From Candidatus Anstonellales archaeon (GTDB lineage Archaea; Micrarchaeota; Micrarchaeia; Anstonellales; J096): a DNA stretch of 64,000 nucleotides. The position numbers and the translations under genes are program-made. Below, piece after piece: positions 42,287-51,916 of this stretch (position 1 is the stretch's first letter; each line of letters begins with the position of its first letter). The notes below the pieces were generated by a model that was not told the origin of the DNA, did no database searches, and saw only the letters and a list, made by a program, of their open reading frames with translations. The DNA lies in contig JAVYLQ010000001.1 in the NCBI GenBank assembly GCA_038740615.1, forward strand, positions 13,865-77,864, in the 5' to 3' direction.

Positions 42287-43502
42287 ATCAGAATATAATT
42301 TTCTGCTAAAGATCAGTAATGGTCAGTGGTGGAAAGATAGTGATATTGATAGCAATTTAGATTTCGTTAGAAGAACCGGATATTTCCTGAGTAGAAAGGG
42401 ATTAGTTGAAATGCAAGAGCACATTTCTCAAAAAGTAGAATTAGATAGGAGAGGTTTGGAGGCAAAACAGATTATATTAGGATTAGAAGATGGAACAGAT
42501 ATACAAAATATACCAAGTTACATTATAGGAATTCTTAAAGAGAGTGGTATGTTAGAGGGTAGAAAGTTCAGAAAAATAGATACTAATTTAGACCAGGTAC
42601 TCCTGAGAAGATTTGGTAAAGTTATAGATGAAAAATATTATAGCTATAGGATAACAGATCTTGGCAAGAAGATGATCGATAATTGGAAAGAGAGTGAGTA
42701 TATAATAAGTATAGACTCTCTAAAGAGCCAGAACATACAAATACCTTATATAGATGTGAACACTATAGAAACTATAAATATATCAAGAACACATATCATA
42801 ACACGATGGAAAAGAAAGATTGCTAAGATATTCTATGAACTTGGATTCAAGGAGATGAGCGGAGATTATATACAGATGTCCTTGTGGAATTTTGATGCAC
42901 TATTTCAACCTCAAGACCATCCATCCAGAGAACTGGCAGATACATTCTATTTGAGTAGAAAGAGAAGGGCAGATATTGATACATCAATTATACAGAAGGA
43001 GCATCAAGAATATTGGAGATATGAATGGGATATATCTGAAGCAGAGAAATTGGTGCTCAGAACTCATACAACAACGCTATCTGCCATTACATTATATAAA
43101 AACAAACATGGTAAATACTTCTCCATAGGCAAGGTTTTTAGAAATGAGGCAATTGATTACAAACATCTAGCAGAATTTCATCAAATAGAGGGAATAATCG
43201 CAGATACTAGCATGAATTTCAACTATCTTCTAGGTTTTCTTGAAGAGTTCTATAAGAGATTAGGTTTAGAAAGAATTAGATTCAGACCGAGCTATTTCCC
43301 TTATACAGAACCCAGTCTAGAGATCGAAGCCTACTTTCCTCAGAAAGATGCATGGATAGAGGTTGGTGGTGCTGGTATATTCAGAGAACAAGTATCAAAG
43401 ATACTAGGATGCGTTTATCCTGTAGGAGCATTTGGTCTAAGTCTAGAGAGAACCATAATGCTGTTTGAGGGTATCGAAGATATTAGATTATTATATGATT
43501 AA
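42276..43502 (+). CDS. pheS: phenylalanyl-tRNA synthetase alpha subunit
   Basis: WNFDALFQPQDHP, LRTHTT, FRNEAIDYKHLAEFHQIEG, YFPYTEPS. Confidence 0.97.
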   Translation: MINRSEYNFLLKISNGQWWKDSDIDSNLDFVRRTGYFLSRKGLVEMQEHISQKVELDRRGLEAKQIILGLEDGTDIQNIPSYIIGILKESGMLEGRKFRKIDTNLDQVLLRRFGKVIDEKYYSYRITDLGKKMIDNWKESEYIISIDSLKSQNIQIPYIDVNTIETINISRTHIITRWKRKIAKIFYELGFKEMSGDYIQMSLWNFDALFQPQDHPSRELADTFYLSRKRRADIDTSIIQKEHQEYWRYEWDISEAEKLVLRTHTTTLSAITLYKNKHGKYFSIGKVFRNEAIDYKHLAEFHQIEGIIADTSMNFNYLLGFLEEFYKRLGLERIRFRPSYFPYTEPSLEIEAYFPQKDAWIEVGGAGIFREQVSKILGCVYPVGAFGLSLERTIMLFEGIEDIRLLYD

Positions 43503-44281
43503 ACATCCATAACAATTCTCAACATATTCCTTGTACCTACTCCTAATCCTAAAATTGCAGCAATACTCAATATGATTCTCCTATCATCATCATTTAGACC
43601 CACTCTCTGATAGTATCGATCAATTACAAATACAAGAGCTAGTTTAAGAACATAGAACACTAAATATGATAAATTATCCCCTATTAATCCAGATAGCACA
43701 TGTTTTTCTGCATATTTCCCCACTAGCTCAATTCCTATAAAAGTAGATCCACCATCCAAACCTTGCCCAAAATATGCATAGAATTGCAATCCTGTATTCG
43801 ATAATAGAACAGCTGGAATATATGCCATTACTATAGCTAGAAAACCCGCAAGATTGTGAATGTTCGGCAATACTAAGAATACGTGAAATGCTAACAAACT
43901 ATATCCTATAACTGATGTAAGCTTCTTAAGATTATATCTCAATTCTAGATAGTAGATAAAAATAAACAGACTTGCCATCACAAGATATATCCCAGGGGTT
44001 ACATTCCAGAATGAATATTGATATAAACTATATATCCCATCTGCTCTTTTACCACTATCTACCAGATCCACTATAGCTCTTATAACCCCGCCAGTAATAG
44101 CATATGGAATGGCAGAATTAAACATGTCATTATCTAGCATCTTTATTCCTCTCCTCTGAAAATACTGTGATAGTAAATAGAGGGCAACTATTGCAATAAT
44201 CGCATATACAATAGTATTGTATATATTATAACTTTCTCTCATTAATATAGGAGATATAAAATACTTATCTATAAAGTCCAT
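43499..44281 (-). CDS. DUF63-family membrane protein
   Basis: YNIYNTIVYA, VTPGIY, GQGLDGGSTFIG, YAEKHVL, LGLGVGTRN. Confidence 0.85.
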   Translation of the reverse strand: MDFIDKYFISPILMRESYNIYNTIVYAIIAIVALYLLSQYFQRRGIKMLDNDMFNSAIPYAITGGVIRAIVDLVDSGKRADGIYSLYQYSFWNVTPGIYLVMASLFIFIYYLELRYNLKKLTSVIGYSLLAFHVFLVLPNIHNLAGFLAIVMAYIPAVLLSNTGLQFYAYFGQGLDGGSTFIGIELVGKYAEKHVLSGLIGDNLSYLVFYVLKLALVFVIDRYYQRVGLNDDDRRIILSIAAILGLGVGTRNMLRIVMDV

Positions 44282-44283
44282 GT

Positions 44284-45261
44284 TTAAATTCCAGATATCA
44301 TTTTTAAATATACTAAAACTACCAACCATGCAGATGTTATAAGTATCTGAGCAAAGATAATTACAAATACCAGATTCTGCTCTGTTATACCTCCCGCTAA
44401 TTTCATTATCATCTGAGGTAAACTTATAGGTCGGTCTGGACTGTACAATTTTCCATCAACATATTTCCCCCACCAACCCTTGGATGGAAGCCCATTTAGA
44501 ATCTTTATTATTCCATCTAATCCATATAGCATGAATATAGGTATAGTCAGAGATTCAAAGTTATCTAATATTAATGCTGTAACTATCAATCCCCCTATAA
44601 TCAGAGTTCCCGTGTCTCCTGGAAATACTTTGGAAGGATATCTATTAAATATCAGAAATGCTGTAGACGCACCTAACAGAACTAGACCTGATATAATGAT
44701 TAGATCCTTACCATATATAAATCCCACTACAATAAGAAAGATTGAATTTACTATTGCTAATGAATACTCTAGACCATTGAAACCGGCTAAGATATTCGTT
44801 AGATTTGCTGCGCCAGTATACATAATTGGCAATACAAAAAATACATATAAAAATCCCAGATCTATTGTCCCTATCCCCGGAATTGTGATATTAGTATCTA
44901 TTAAAGAACTATAGATTATTAGAGGAATTGCCCCAATTATCGGCAATATAAACTTTACCCATTTGGGGATATCCAGTAGATCATCTATAATCCCTACCAA
45001 CCCTACCAGAAGGACAGAATATATTAGCACAATAATTCTTATATCAAATCCATTGAATACACTATAAATTGCTGCTAAGATAGATAAAGCCAGAGTTATC
45101 CCTAACAATACTCCCAATCCCCCCATCTCAGCTACCTCTGGTTGATCTGGTTTATTCACATCTCTCCCCACTATCCCTTCAGCCTTAAGTCTTGGTATGG
45201 CCCATTTTAGAAACAGATAGGTAATAACAAATGATATAGGTGCCACCAGATACAATATCAT
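44284..45261 (-). CDS. UDP-GlcNAc:polyprenyl-phosphate GlcNAc-1-phosphate transferase (AglH/Alg7-like, MraY family)
   Basis: GRDVNKP..PEVAEMGG, GIIDD, NLTNILAGFNGLE, FNRYPSKVFPGDTG. Confidence 0.9.
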   Translation of the reverse strand: MILYLVAPISFVITYLFLKWAIPRLKAEGIVGRDVNKPDQPEVAEMGGLGVLLGITLALSILAAIYSVFNGFDIRIIVLIYSVLLVGLVGIIDDLLDIPKWVKFILPIIGAIPLIIYSSLIDTNITIPGIGTIDLGFLYVFFVLPIMYTGAANLTNILAGFNGLEYSLAIVNSIFLIVVGFIYGKDLIIISGLVLLGASTAFLIFNRYPSKVFPGDTGTLIIGGLIVTALILDNFESLTIPIFMLYGLDGIIKILNGLPSKGWWGKYVDGKLYSPDRPISLPQMIMKLAGGITEQNLVFVIIFAQILITSAWLVVLVYLKMISGI

Positions 45262-46475
45262 CTGATTTCCCTCAATAATTCTTTAGCATATTCATATGAA
45301 AATCTATTATTCTTCACCATTTCATTAACTATTCTATCTATCTCCTCTCCCTTAGCACCTACCGAGATAGCTATATTCCTAGCATGCAATTTCATGTGTC
45401 CTCTTTGAATACCTTCTATAGCCAGATGATAGTTAGCTCCAAAATTGTTAGCTAATCCTACTGCAGCCATTAATATAGCAAGATCTCCAGAATTCTTCAC
45501 ATTAGATAATTCCAGCAAAGTTCTAGCATGATTTAGTGATTTGATACTACCGCCAACAGTACCTACAGCTATAGGAACCTCTATCTTCCCATGTAATTTT
45601 CCATCTTCATACCAGAAATTCGTCAGAGACAGTTGGAAATAATTCGAATATGTGTGTATCGCTGCTTCTATTGCCCTCCAATCCTGACCATAAGCAAGAG
45701 CCGCTGCAGATATTCCATTCATTATACCCTTATTATAGGTAGTTTTCCTGTAGATATCTGATTGAGCTAGAGATATGACATCTAAGATATCACTAATTGC
45801 CTGTTGGTAATCTATTCCTTTACTCTCTATATCAGCTCTCAGCTTATCCCCCCAACTGGCTCTAACAATAGCTCTTCTATAGATGGATAGATTGGACAGG
45901 ATTTTGAGAGTTGCTCTTCTTCCAGTGATATTCTGTATATCATCGGCGATTTCTTCAAGAAAGGAGTTTACTATGTTTGCGCCCATTGCATCTCCAACGT
46001 TTATTCTAAACTCTAATCTAGTGAATTCACCTCTTGTATTAGCTAGATCATCTACTTTCAAGTCCACAAAACCCCCTCCATACTTCTCCAATCTACGCAA
46101 TTTCTCTCTCGCCAATTTTTCTATATCTACTAGATGATCTCTAATTATCTTTGCAATTGATGGATTAGATTTTATGTACACATGACCTAACATAATAGAA
46201 CCAGTATATTCTCCAAAGAAGCCATCGGATAGTTTGAATGCTTTATTAGCTGCAGCTACTACTGATGGTTCCTCTACACTTAAGAAGATGATTCTATCTT
46301 GGTTATTTACACTTCCAAAAACAACTCCTAAAGGTAGAGTAATTCTACCCACGACATTCTCAATCATACTATTCATAGTTTCCAGATCTGTTTCCAGTTC
46401 TCCAAACTGTTTACCTACTAAACTCTCCAGATATTCCCTCCTCTCCTGAATTGACATATCTCTAAACTTTTTCAT
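45258..46475 (-). CDS. mvaA: HMG-CoA reductase, class II
   Basis: MIENVVG, EEPSVVAAA, DAMGAN, NKGIMNGI, GQDWRAIEA, EGIQRGHMKLH. Confidence 0.95.
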   Translation of the reverse strand: MKKFRDMSIQERREYLESLVGKQFGELETDLETMNSMIENVVGRITLPLGVVFGSVNNQDRIIFLSVEEPSVVAAANKAFKLSDGFFGEYTGSIMLGHVYIKSNPSIAKIIRDHLVDIEKLAREKLRRLEKYGGGFVDLKVDDLANTRGEFTRLEFRINVGDAMGANIVNSFLEEIADDIQNITGRRATLKILSNLSIYRRAIVRASWGDKLRADIESKGIDYQQAISDILDVISLAQSDIYRKTTYNKGIMNGISAAALAYGQDWRAIEAAIHTYSNYFQLSLTNFWYEDGKLHGKIEVPIAVGTVGGSIKSLNHARTLLELSNVKNSGDLAILMAAVGLANNFGANYHLAIEGIQRGHMKLHARNIAISVGAKGEEIDRIVNEMVKNNRFSYEYAKELLREIR

Positions 46476-46996
46476 CTTTCCAGATACACCTCAGTATTAT
46501 AATCGATAGATAGAGTATTAGAGTTATACACAGCATTTTTGATTATAATCTCTCTATTTATATATCTAGATAGAGTATCTAACCATCCGTCAGATATCTT
46601 CAGATTTATCTCTCGCTTTCTAGTCTTAAGTTTCATTATTCCATTATCGATTATAAGCTTTCCCTTTAGTATTGGAATAATTCCGTCGCTAATCTTTATC
46701 TTCATAGGTTTCCTATCAATCATAAGTTCGCCCCTAACAATCAGAGTATTATTTTTCTTGTAGAAATTCCTAAACCATATTATATCTCCTTCAAGAATAT
46801 GTAACGATATCCCTTGGATCTTACATAAAAACCCGTCCCCAAAAACCATAATGTAATCTGGCTTTTCAATAATTTTCTCAACCTTAATATGAGTGTAAAC
46901 TCTGTACTTTGCATCAGGAAAATTGATCAGAGTAGCCGGGGAGATAACCTTGGGAGCCAGTCGCATCATGTCAAAATAGCTATCAATATCCATCAT
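46472..46996 (-). CDS. hypothetical protein, possible tandem OB folds
   Basis: Beta-rich, EGDIIWFRNFY and REIIIKNAVY repeats typical of OB-fold strands. Confidence 0.5.
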   Translation of the reverse strand: MMDIDSYFDMMRLAPKVISPATLINFPDAKYRVYTHIKVEKIIEKPDYIMVFGDGFLCKIQGISLHILEGDIIWFRNFYKKNNTLIVRGELMIDRKPMKIKISDGIIPILKGKLIIDNGIMKLKTRKREINLKISDGWLDTLSRYINREIIIKNAVYNSNTLSIDYNTEVYLER

Positions 46997-47047
46997 TAAC
47001 TTAACAGATTCAAAAAGCTATTTAAAAATATTTGATTAGAATTAGCT

Positions 47048-47953
47048 ATGGATAGAAAAATCACAAACTACGTACCTTTTCAGACGCCAATAGCAAGGCT
47101 AAAATCCATCCAGAGACAATCAATAATGAAAAGATACAATAAACTTGAGGATTTTCAGATATCTATATTTGATCTGAGAGATATGATTGAGAGGTTGATA
47201 AGAGATGTTAGAATTGAATATCCTTCGAATATAAATAATAGAAAAATAGCATTCTTTTTCTATATCGCTAAAATAAGAAATTTTCTGAAGAGCGAGAGTT
47301 TTTTACCCGATCTAACTATGCTAACGTTTCTTGAATCACTATCCAGATCTGCTAAGAATGGTAATAAATTTGTAATAATTGTGGAAAATGAATTTTTTGA
47401 TCCGAATGTTCTAAACATCTCTTACAATACCTACTCTCAATCAATGAAATGGATTGACCTATTCAGAGAATTTGATTTCTTCAAGAACCTAGAATTCATA
47501 TCGATGGCGGAATTAAATGAGGATATAGAAGATTTTGAAATAGTATTCGAAGAGACCAAATCAGAGATATCTGTAAATAGAGATGATGAAGTTTATAGAG
47601 TACTAAGAGATTCTGTGAGTTTTAAAAGTCTAGATCATGCTCTGAAGTATTACTCTAAGGAGAGTACTCTAACTAGAGTTGATAAAATATATATAAACTA
47701 TATGTCTTTCATTGAAGCTAGAGCCAAAGTGGATTATTGGAATAGATTAATTTCTAAATATAAGTGGGTTAGAGCTACTGTTAGTAAAAAACAGGGAATA
47801 GTGTATATAGAACCTACTGTCTTCAATATTCCTGCTGCACATTCCATATTTAATGCAAGGGTTCTAAGAGATAGTTACCTGATTGATGAACTCTACTATA
47901 AAAAAATAAACTACAGGGTAAAAGTTGATAATAATGTAATGTATTATTTCTGA
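47048..47953 (+). CDS. remote PvcA/Dit1 (isocyanide synthase)-like protein
   Basis: KIAFFF..., LPDL, GNKFVIIVENEFFD, VRATVSKK, PAAHSI in the order of PvcA motifs. Confidence 0.45.
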   Translation: MDRKITNYVPFQTPIARLKSIQRQSIMKRYNKLEDFQISIFDLRDMIERLIRDVRIEYPSNINNRKIAFFFYIAKIRNFLKSESFLPDLTMLTFLESLSRSAKNGNKFVIIVENEFFDPNVLNISYNTYSQSMKWIDLFREFDFFKNLEFISMAELNEDIEDFEIVFEETKSEISVNRDDEVYRVLRDSVSFKSLDHALKYYSKESTLTRVDKIYINYMSFIEARAKVDYWNRLISKYKWVRATVSKKQGIVYIEPTVFNIPAAHSIFNARVLRDSYLIDELYYKKINYRVKVDNNVMYYF

Positions 47954-49020
47954 GACTGTTTATCAATGGTGGTCTTCTTGAAAATGTGCTCAAATAATGA
48001 GATTGTATCTAGATCCTCTGTAAATGTAAATACACCAACTTTTACATTTCCATCACTCATAATATGATGGTAAACTCTCATACCCTTTTCTTTTATAGAT
48101 GTAAACAGATCGATGAGGGGAACTACATATAGAGAACTATTCTTGAATACTGCTACACCATAATTAGGATTCCTATCCCCAGGTGTCTTGAGTTCATATC
48201 TATCGTGCTCTCTCTTACCAGTAATAGTTATGTGCAATAGTTCTTTAGGTATCTCTCTAAGTTCTCCAAGTACAAGAGACTGAGCAGCTATTAGGTATCT
48301 TGTTATAGTATCGGCTAATTCTGGATCATCTACCCATCTATTAACTCGTTCTCTTATTATATTATAATTTTGATGACTCTGGTCTATCTGCCTGAACCTA
48401 TTTAATATCTTATCCTCAACATTTGTCTCATCTTTTAGCCATTTGATATTATCACAATACATTACTTCATATTTTTCAGTATGTTCAATATTATATTTGG
48501 ATTTAAGTTCCTTTACGTCCTTATCATCTACAGGAGATCTGAGTATTGGATATCTATGTTGATTTTCATTCCAATCCTTCAAGATATATCTGCTCTCATC
48601 AGCTACAATCAATCTCTTTCCTGCCAATTGTGCAAACAGGGCAAACTTGGTGTAGAGTAAATAATCTAACACAGACATTATACCTAACAGATCATAAGTT
48701 GAAACATGTGGGGCAACAGCTTTGGAGTAATAGAATAGAATAAATCCTTCCCTATCCAGATCTTCGTCTTTTATCTCCCCAGAATCTTTCATCTTACCCC
48801 AGTTTAGAAATCTGGCCTTCTTATGTTTAATCTGCTTTTCACTAATCGGTTGATATTGATTGAGAGCATGAATTATTATGCCTTTTAGTACAGAACTGGG
48901 GGAAATATCTTGCTCTATAGTAATTATTCTTCCCTCCTTAACCAGCTTGCAATACTGTTCTTTGATCTGCTCTTTCTTCTCGCTTAAATAACTCTGATAC
49001 TTTTCTAAAATTTCTTTCAT
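47944..49020 (-). CDS. remote PvcA/Dit1 (isocyanide synthase)-like protein
   Basis: RLIVADESRY, LHITITGK, PNYGVAV compared with PvcA ITVCSDGRVF, IRLSIHP, PWHGVAV. Confidence 0.45.
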   Translation of the reverse strand: MKEILEKYQSYLSEKKEQIKEQYCKLVKEGRIITIEQDISPSSVLKGIIIHALNQYQPISEKQIKHKKARFLNWGKMKDSGEIKDEDLDREGFILFYYSKAVAPHVSTYDLLGIMSVLDYLLYTKFALFAQLAGKRLIVADESRYILKDWNENQHRYPILRSPVDDKDVKELKSKYNIEHTEKYEVMYCDNIKWLKDETNVEDKILNRFRQIDQSHQNYNIIRERVNRWVDDPELADTITRYLIAAQSLVLGELREIPKELLHITITGKREHDRYELKTPGDRNPNYGVAVFKNSSLYVVPLIDLFTSIKEKGMRVYHHIMSDGNVKVGVFTFTEDLDTISLFEHIFKKTTIDKQSQK

Positions 49021-49042
49021 ATTTATATTTACATAGATATGT

Positions 49043-49630
49043 TTAAAAATTATTAAGTTTATTGTTTTTGAGAGTTCTATAAGTAGACCATTTCTTCCGT
49101 ATGTATCTTTCCAAATCTCTGAAATTCTGAGGATCTTTCAGGAACTCAATTGTTCTTGGGTCGGAAGGATACCCACTACCGAAATCACCGTATCTTGCAT
49201 GCAATTCATCAATATATCTATCTCGATATACTTTAGCAACTATACTAGCAGCACTCACTATGGGGTATTTAGAATCTGCTTTGTAGTCAGCAATCACATA
49301 TCTACCTAGTTTTTTTAGAGATAATGGGTCCATAAATGCATCTATATATATCCCATCATACTCTCCCCGATCTTGCAACCATTCTTGGATCTTCCTATAC
49401 TCTAATCGATTTATATTTTCCCTATCAATCTCCCAGGGTTCTATCTTTATATGATCTACAAGATCGGCCTGCTCTACAATCTCTTGAAACAGATTCTCTC
49501 TTTGCTGTCTACTAAGCTCTTTAGAATCACGAACAGCAGAACGTAGAGGGGAGGATATCTCAACCAATCCAATAACCAGAGGACCTATTAGTGCCCCTCT
49601 ACCAGCCTCATCTATTCCAAGCAATCTCAA
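49043..49630 (-). CDS. rnhB: ribonuclease HII
   Basis: GIDEAGRG..IGP, RDSKEL, KAD..YPIVSAASIVAKV.RD, GSGYPSD. Confidence 0.96.
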   Translation of the reverse strand: MRLLGIDEAGRGALIGPLVIGLVEISSPLRSAVRDSKELSRQQRENLFQEIVEQADLVDHIKIEPWEIDRENINRLEYRKIQEWLQDRGEYDGIYIDAFMDPLSLKKLGRYVIADYKADSKYPIVSAASIVAKVYRDRYIDELHARYGDFGSGYPSDPRTIEFLKDPQNFRDLERYIRKKWSTYRTLKNNKLNNF

Positions 49631-49632
49631 AT

Positions 49633-49911
49633 CTATTTCTGCCCTGTGATCAAGAATCTCTGATCTACAATAACGTAATCTCTTGCAGCTAATACTGCAT
49701 CAAAAGGCAATTTGATTTTACCATCCTCAACTTTTATCTTATTTTCATTCTTGTAAAGGAAATTCTCATTTGGATCAACAATTATATATAGCAATTTTCC
49801 AGTCTTGGTATCAAATTCTATATCTAACAGATTCCCCACCTCTTCTCCATTAGTAGCAACAATCTTCTTACCTGGAAGATTTTTTGCAGTTATTATTCCC
49901 ATTAAGCTCAC
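49633..49911 (-). CDS. PRC-barrel protein (CdpB-like)
   Basis: LPGKKIVATNGEEVG.LLDIEFDTKTG, LPFDAVLAARDYVIV. Confidence 0.88.
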   Translation of the reverse strand: MSLMGIITAKNLPGKKIVATNGEEVGNLLDIEFDTKTGKLLYIIVDPNENFLYKNENKIKVEDGKIKLPFDAVLAARDYVIVDQRFLITGQK

Positions 49912-49964
49912 CTATATTAAGATTTAACTAACTATTTTTAAATTTATTTATACTTAATCAAATC

Positions 49965-51428
49965 ATGGCGAATGTAAGAGTAAAGTATCTATCAAGAGAT
50001 GATATGGAACTATTGAATAATCTTGGATTTCCATCCGAAGATGGTATTGTAGAGGTCACTCCAAATAGACCAGATATGTTAAGCGAAGTGGGGATAAGAA
50101 GGGTAATCGATCTGTACAGAGGCAAGAAAATATCTCAGTATAGATCTAAAAGATTAGAGATCGATATTAATATTGAACATGTTCCAAGTAGGCCTTATAT
50201 TGAAATAGCTACTCTAGAGCTGAGTTCTAAGATCGAACTAGATGATCTCATAGAGTTCCAAGAGAAACTCCATGAGACTTATGGGAGAAAGAGAAAAAGA
50301 GTGGCGATAGGTATTCATGATTTGGATTATATAACTCCTCCAATAACCTATAGAGCAGTATACGATGAGACATTTATCCCTCTTAACTCAAACCAGAGAA
50401 TGAATATAGAACAGATACTAAAGTCTTTAGATAAGGGTAAAGAATATGGGCATTTAGTCAGTCCACCATATCCTATGTTATATGATAGCACTGGGGTTAT
50501 ATCTTTTCCACCAATCATAAATAGCGATCGTACCAAACTAAGAGAGGAGACTAGAAAAATACTGATTGATGTAACCGGTATAAACCAACATTATGTCAAA
50601 GATACGATGAAAATACTATTATGTTATTTTATAGATCTAGGTGCTAAGAATGTAGAATCCACAACTCAACTAGATTACAAAACTATTACAGCCCCAGCAA
50701 GCAGGATTAGAGAGTTAATAAATATAGATGTTGATTATAGAGAAATGCTTATGAAATCTGGAATTGAATACGATGGTAATGTAGCGATAATTCCTCCATA
50801 CAGAGTGGATTTTATGGACTGGACAGATGTTGCCGAAGAAATAGCTATTAATTATGGGTATAATCATATTCCTAGAGATTTCCCAAAAATATACCAATCT
50901 GCTGAGATCGGTGAAGATCCTATTAGAGATATAATGGATCGAATGGGATTTAGCGAAGTCTATACCTCATTCTTAGTGAAGTACGATGATGCCAAAGAAT
51001 ACTTTGAACTAGAGAAATTACAGAATTCTGTATCTGAAGATTACAATGCTATTCGACCATCATTAGAATTATCATTGTTAAGAGTGATTCATAAGAACAG
51101 AAATGCTAAACTCCCATATAAAATCTATGAGATAGGACGAGTATATGACCCTAGATTAGATAGAGAATACGATCAGATAGGATTTGCAATAATGCAGAAT
51201 GAATTTAGAGTAGAGGATTATTTAGGTATAATAAAAACATTAGCCATGGCTATGAATGCCCAACTACATTTGGACAGAGGAAGTGGTAGTAAAATATTAT
51301 TAGATACTACGTCATTCAAAGGAAAAATTAATGATTATGAATTCTACGTGGGTGCTGTTAGATACGAGATCCTGGAGAGATTCGAAATCGATAGACCAGT
51401 AGTTATAGGTATTATATTTAAAAAATAA
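49965..51428 (+). CDS. pheT: phenylalanyl-tRNA synthetase beta subunit
   Basis: PNRPDMLS, QEKLH...GRKRKRVAIGIHD, SFPPIINS, PPYRVD...DVAEEIAI.YGY. Confidence 0.96.
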   Translation: MANVRVKYLSRDDMELLNNLGFPSEDGIVEVTPNRPDMLSEVGIRRVIDLYRGKKISQYRSKRLEIDINIEHVPSRPYIEIATLELSSKIELDDLIEFQEKLHETYGRKRKRVAIGIHDLDYITPPITYRAVYDETFIPLNSNQRMNIEQILKSLDKGKEYGHLVSPPYPMLYDSTGVISFPPIINSDRTKLREETRKILIDVTGINQHYVKDTMKILLCYFIDLGAKNVESTTQLDYKTITAPASRIRELINIDVDYREMLMKSGIEYDGNVAIIPPYRVDFMDWTDVAEEIAINYGYNHIPRDFPKIYQSAEIGEDPIRDIMDRMGFSEVYTSFLVKYDDAKEYFELEKLQNSVSEDYNAIRPSLELSLLRVIHKNRNAKLPYKIYEIGRVYDPRLDREYDQIGFAIMQNEFRVEDYLGIIKTLAMAMNAQLHLDRGSGSKILLDTTSFKGKINDYEFYVGAVRYEILERFEIDRPVVIGIIFKK

Positions 51429-51445
51429 TACCTAACATAATTAGT

Positions 51446-51823
51446 ATGACGCTTAATAGGTTGATAAAGCGTAATGTCTTGTATGTTGACATCAACTCTG
51501 AAGTTGGAGAGGTTGCAAAGAAAATGAAAGAGAAGAGAAGTGGGTATGCTATAATAGTTGATAAGAATAGAGCTGAGGGGATAGTAACCAGAACAGATCT
51601 AGTCTATAGAGTTCTAGCTGAACAGAAACCATATAGTACTAAGATCAGAGAGGTTATGAGTTATCCCCTCATAGTTCTGTTTCCAGAGATGACAATAGAT
51701 GATGCTATTAATGCATTCAATCAGCACCCCATCCAGAGGATTGTTATAGTTGATAAGAACACATCTGAATTAATAGGGGTTATAGATAAAGATGATGTTT
51801 TTAAGATGTTATCAAATAAATAA
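51446..51823 (+). CDS. CBS-domain pair protein
   Basis: GIVTRTDL, IREVMSYPL, LIGVID. Confidence 0.9.
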   Translation: MTLNRLIKRNVLYVDINSEVGEVAKKMKEKRSGYAIIVDKNRAEGIVTRTDLVYRVLAEQKPYSTKIREVMSYPLIVLFPEMTIDDAINAFNQHPIQRIVIVDKNTSELIGVIDKDDVFKMLSNK

Positions 51824-51826
51824 TTC

Positions 51827-51883
51827 GCCGAGCAGGGATGGCCGATCGGAGGTGGGTGATGAATCCGGTCAACACTGCTCGGT
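51827..51883 (+). ncRNA. GC-rich structured RNA in the dnaG 5' leader
   Basis: Outer stem GCCGAGCAG/CTGCTCGGT, inner stem GATCGGA/TCCGGTC, loop contains GTGATGA; TTTTTAAG at 51798-51805 upstream. Confidence 0.7.
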
Positions 51884-51916
51884 AGTATAGAGGTTATATT
51901 TACGAGGTGAAAGATT

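Noticed and set aside
51827..51883. H/ACA or C/D guide RNA call for the dnaG leader hairpin
   Set aside because: No ACA box directly after the basal stem and no CTGA D box; kept only as a structured leader.
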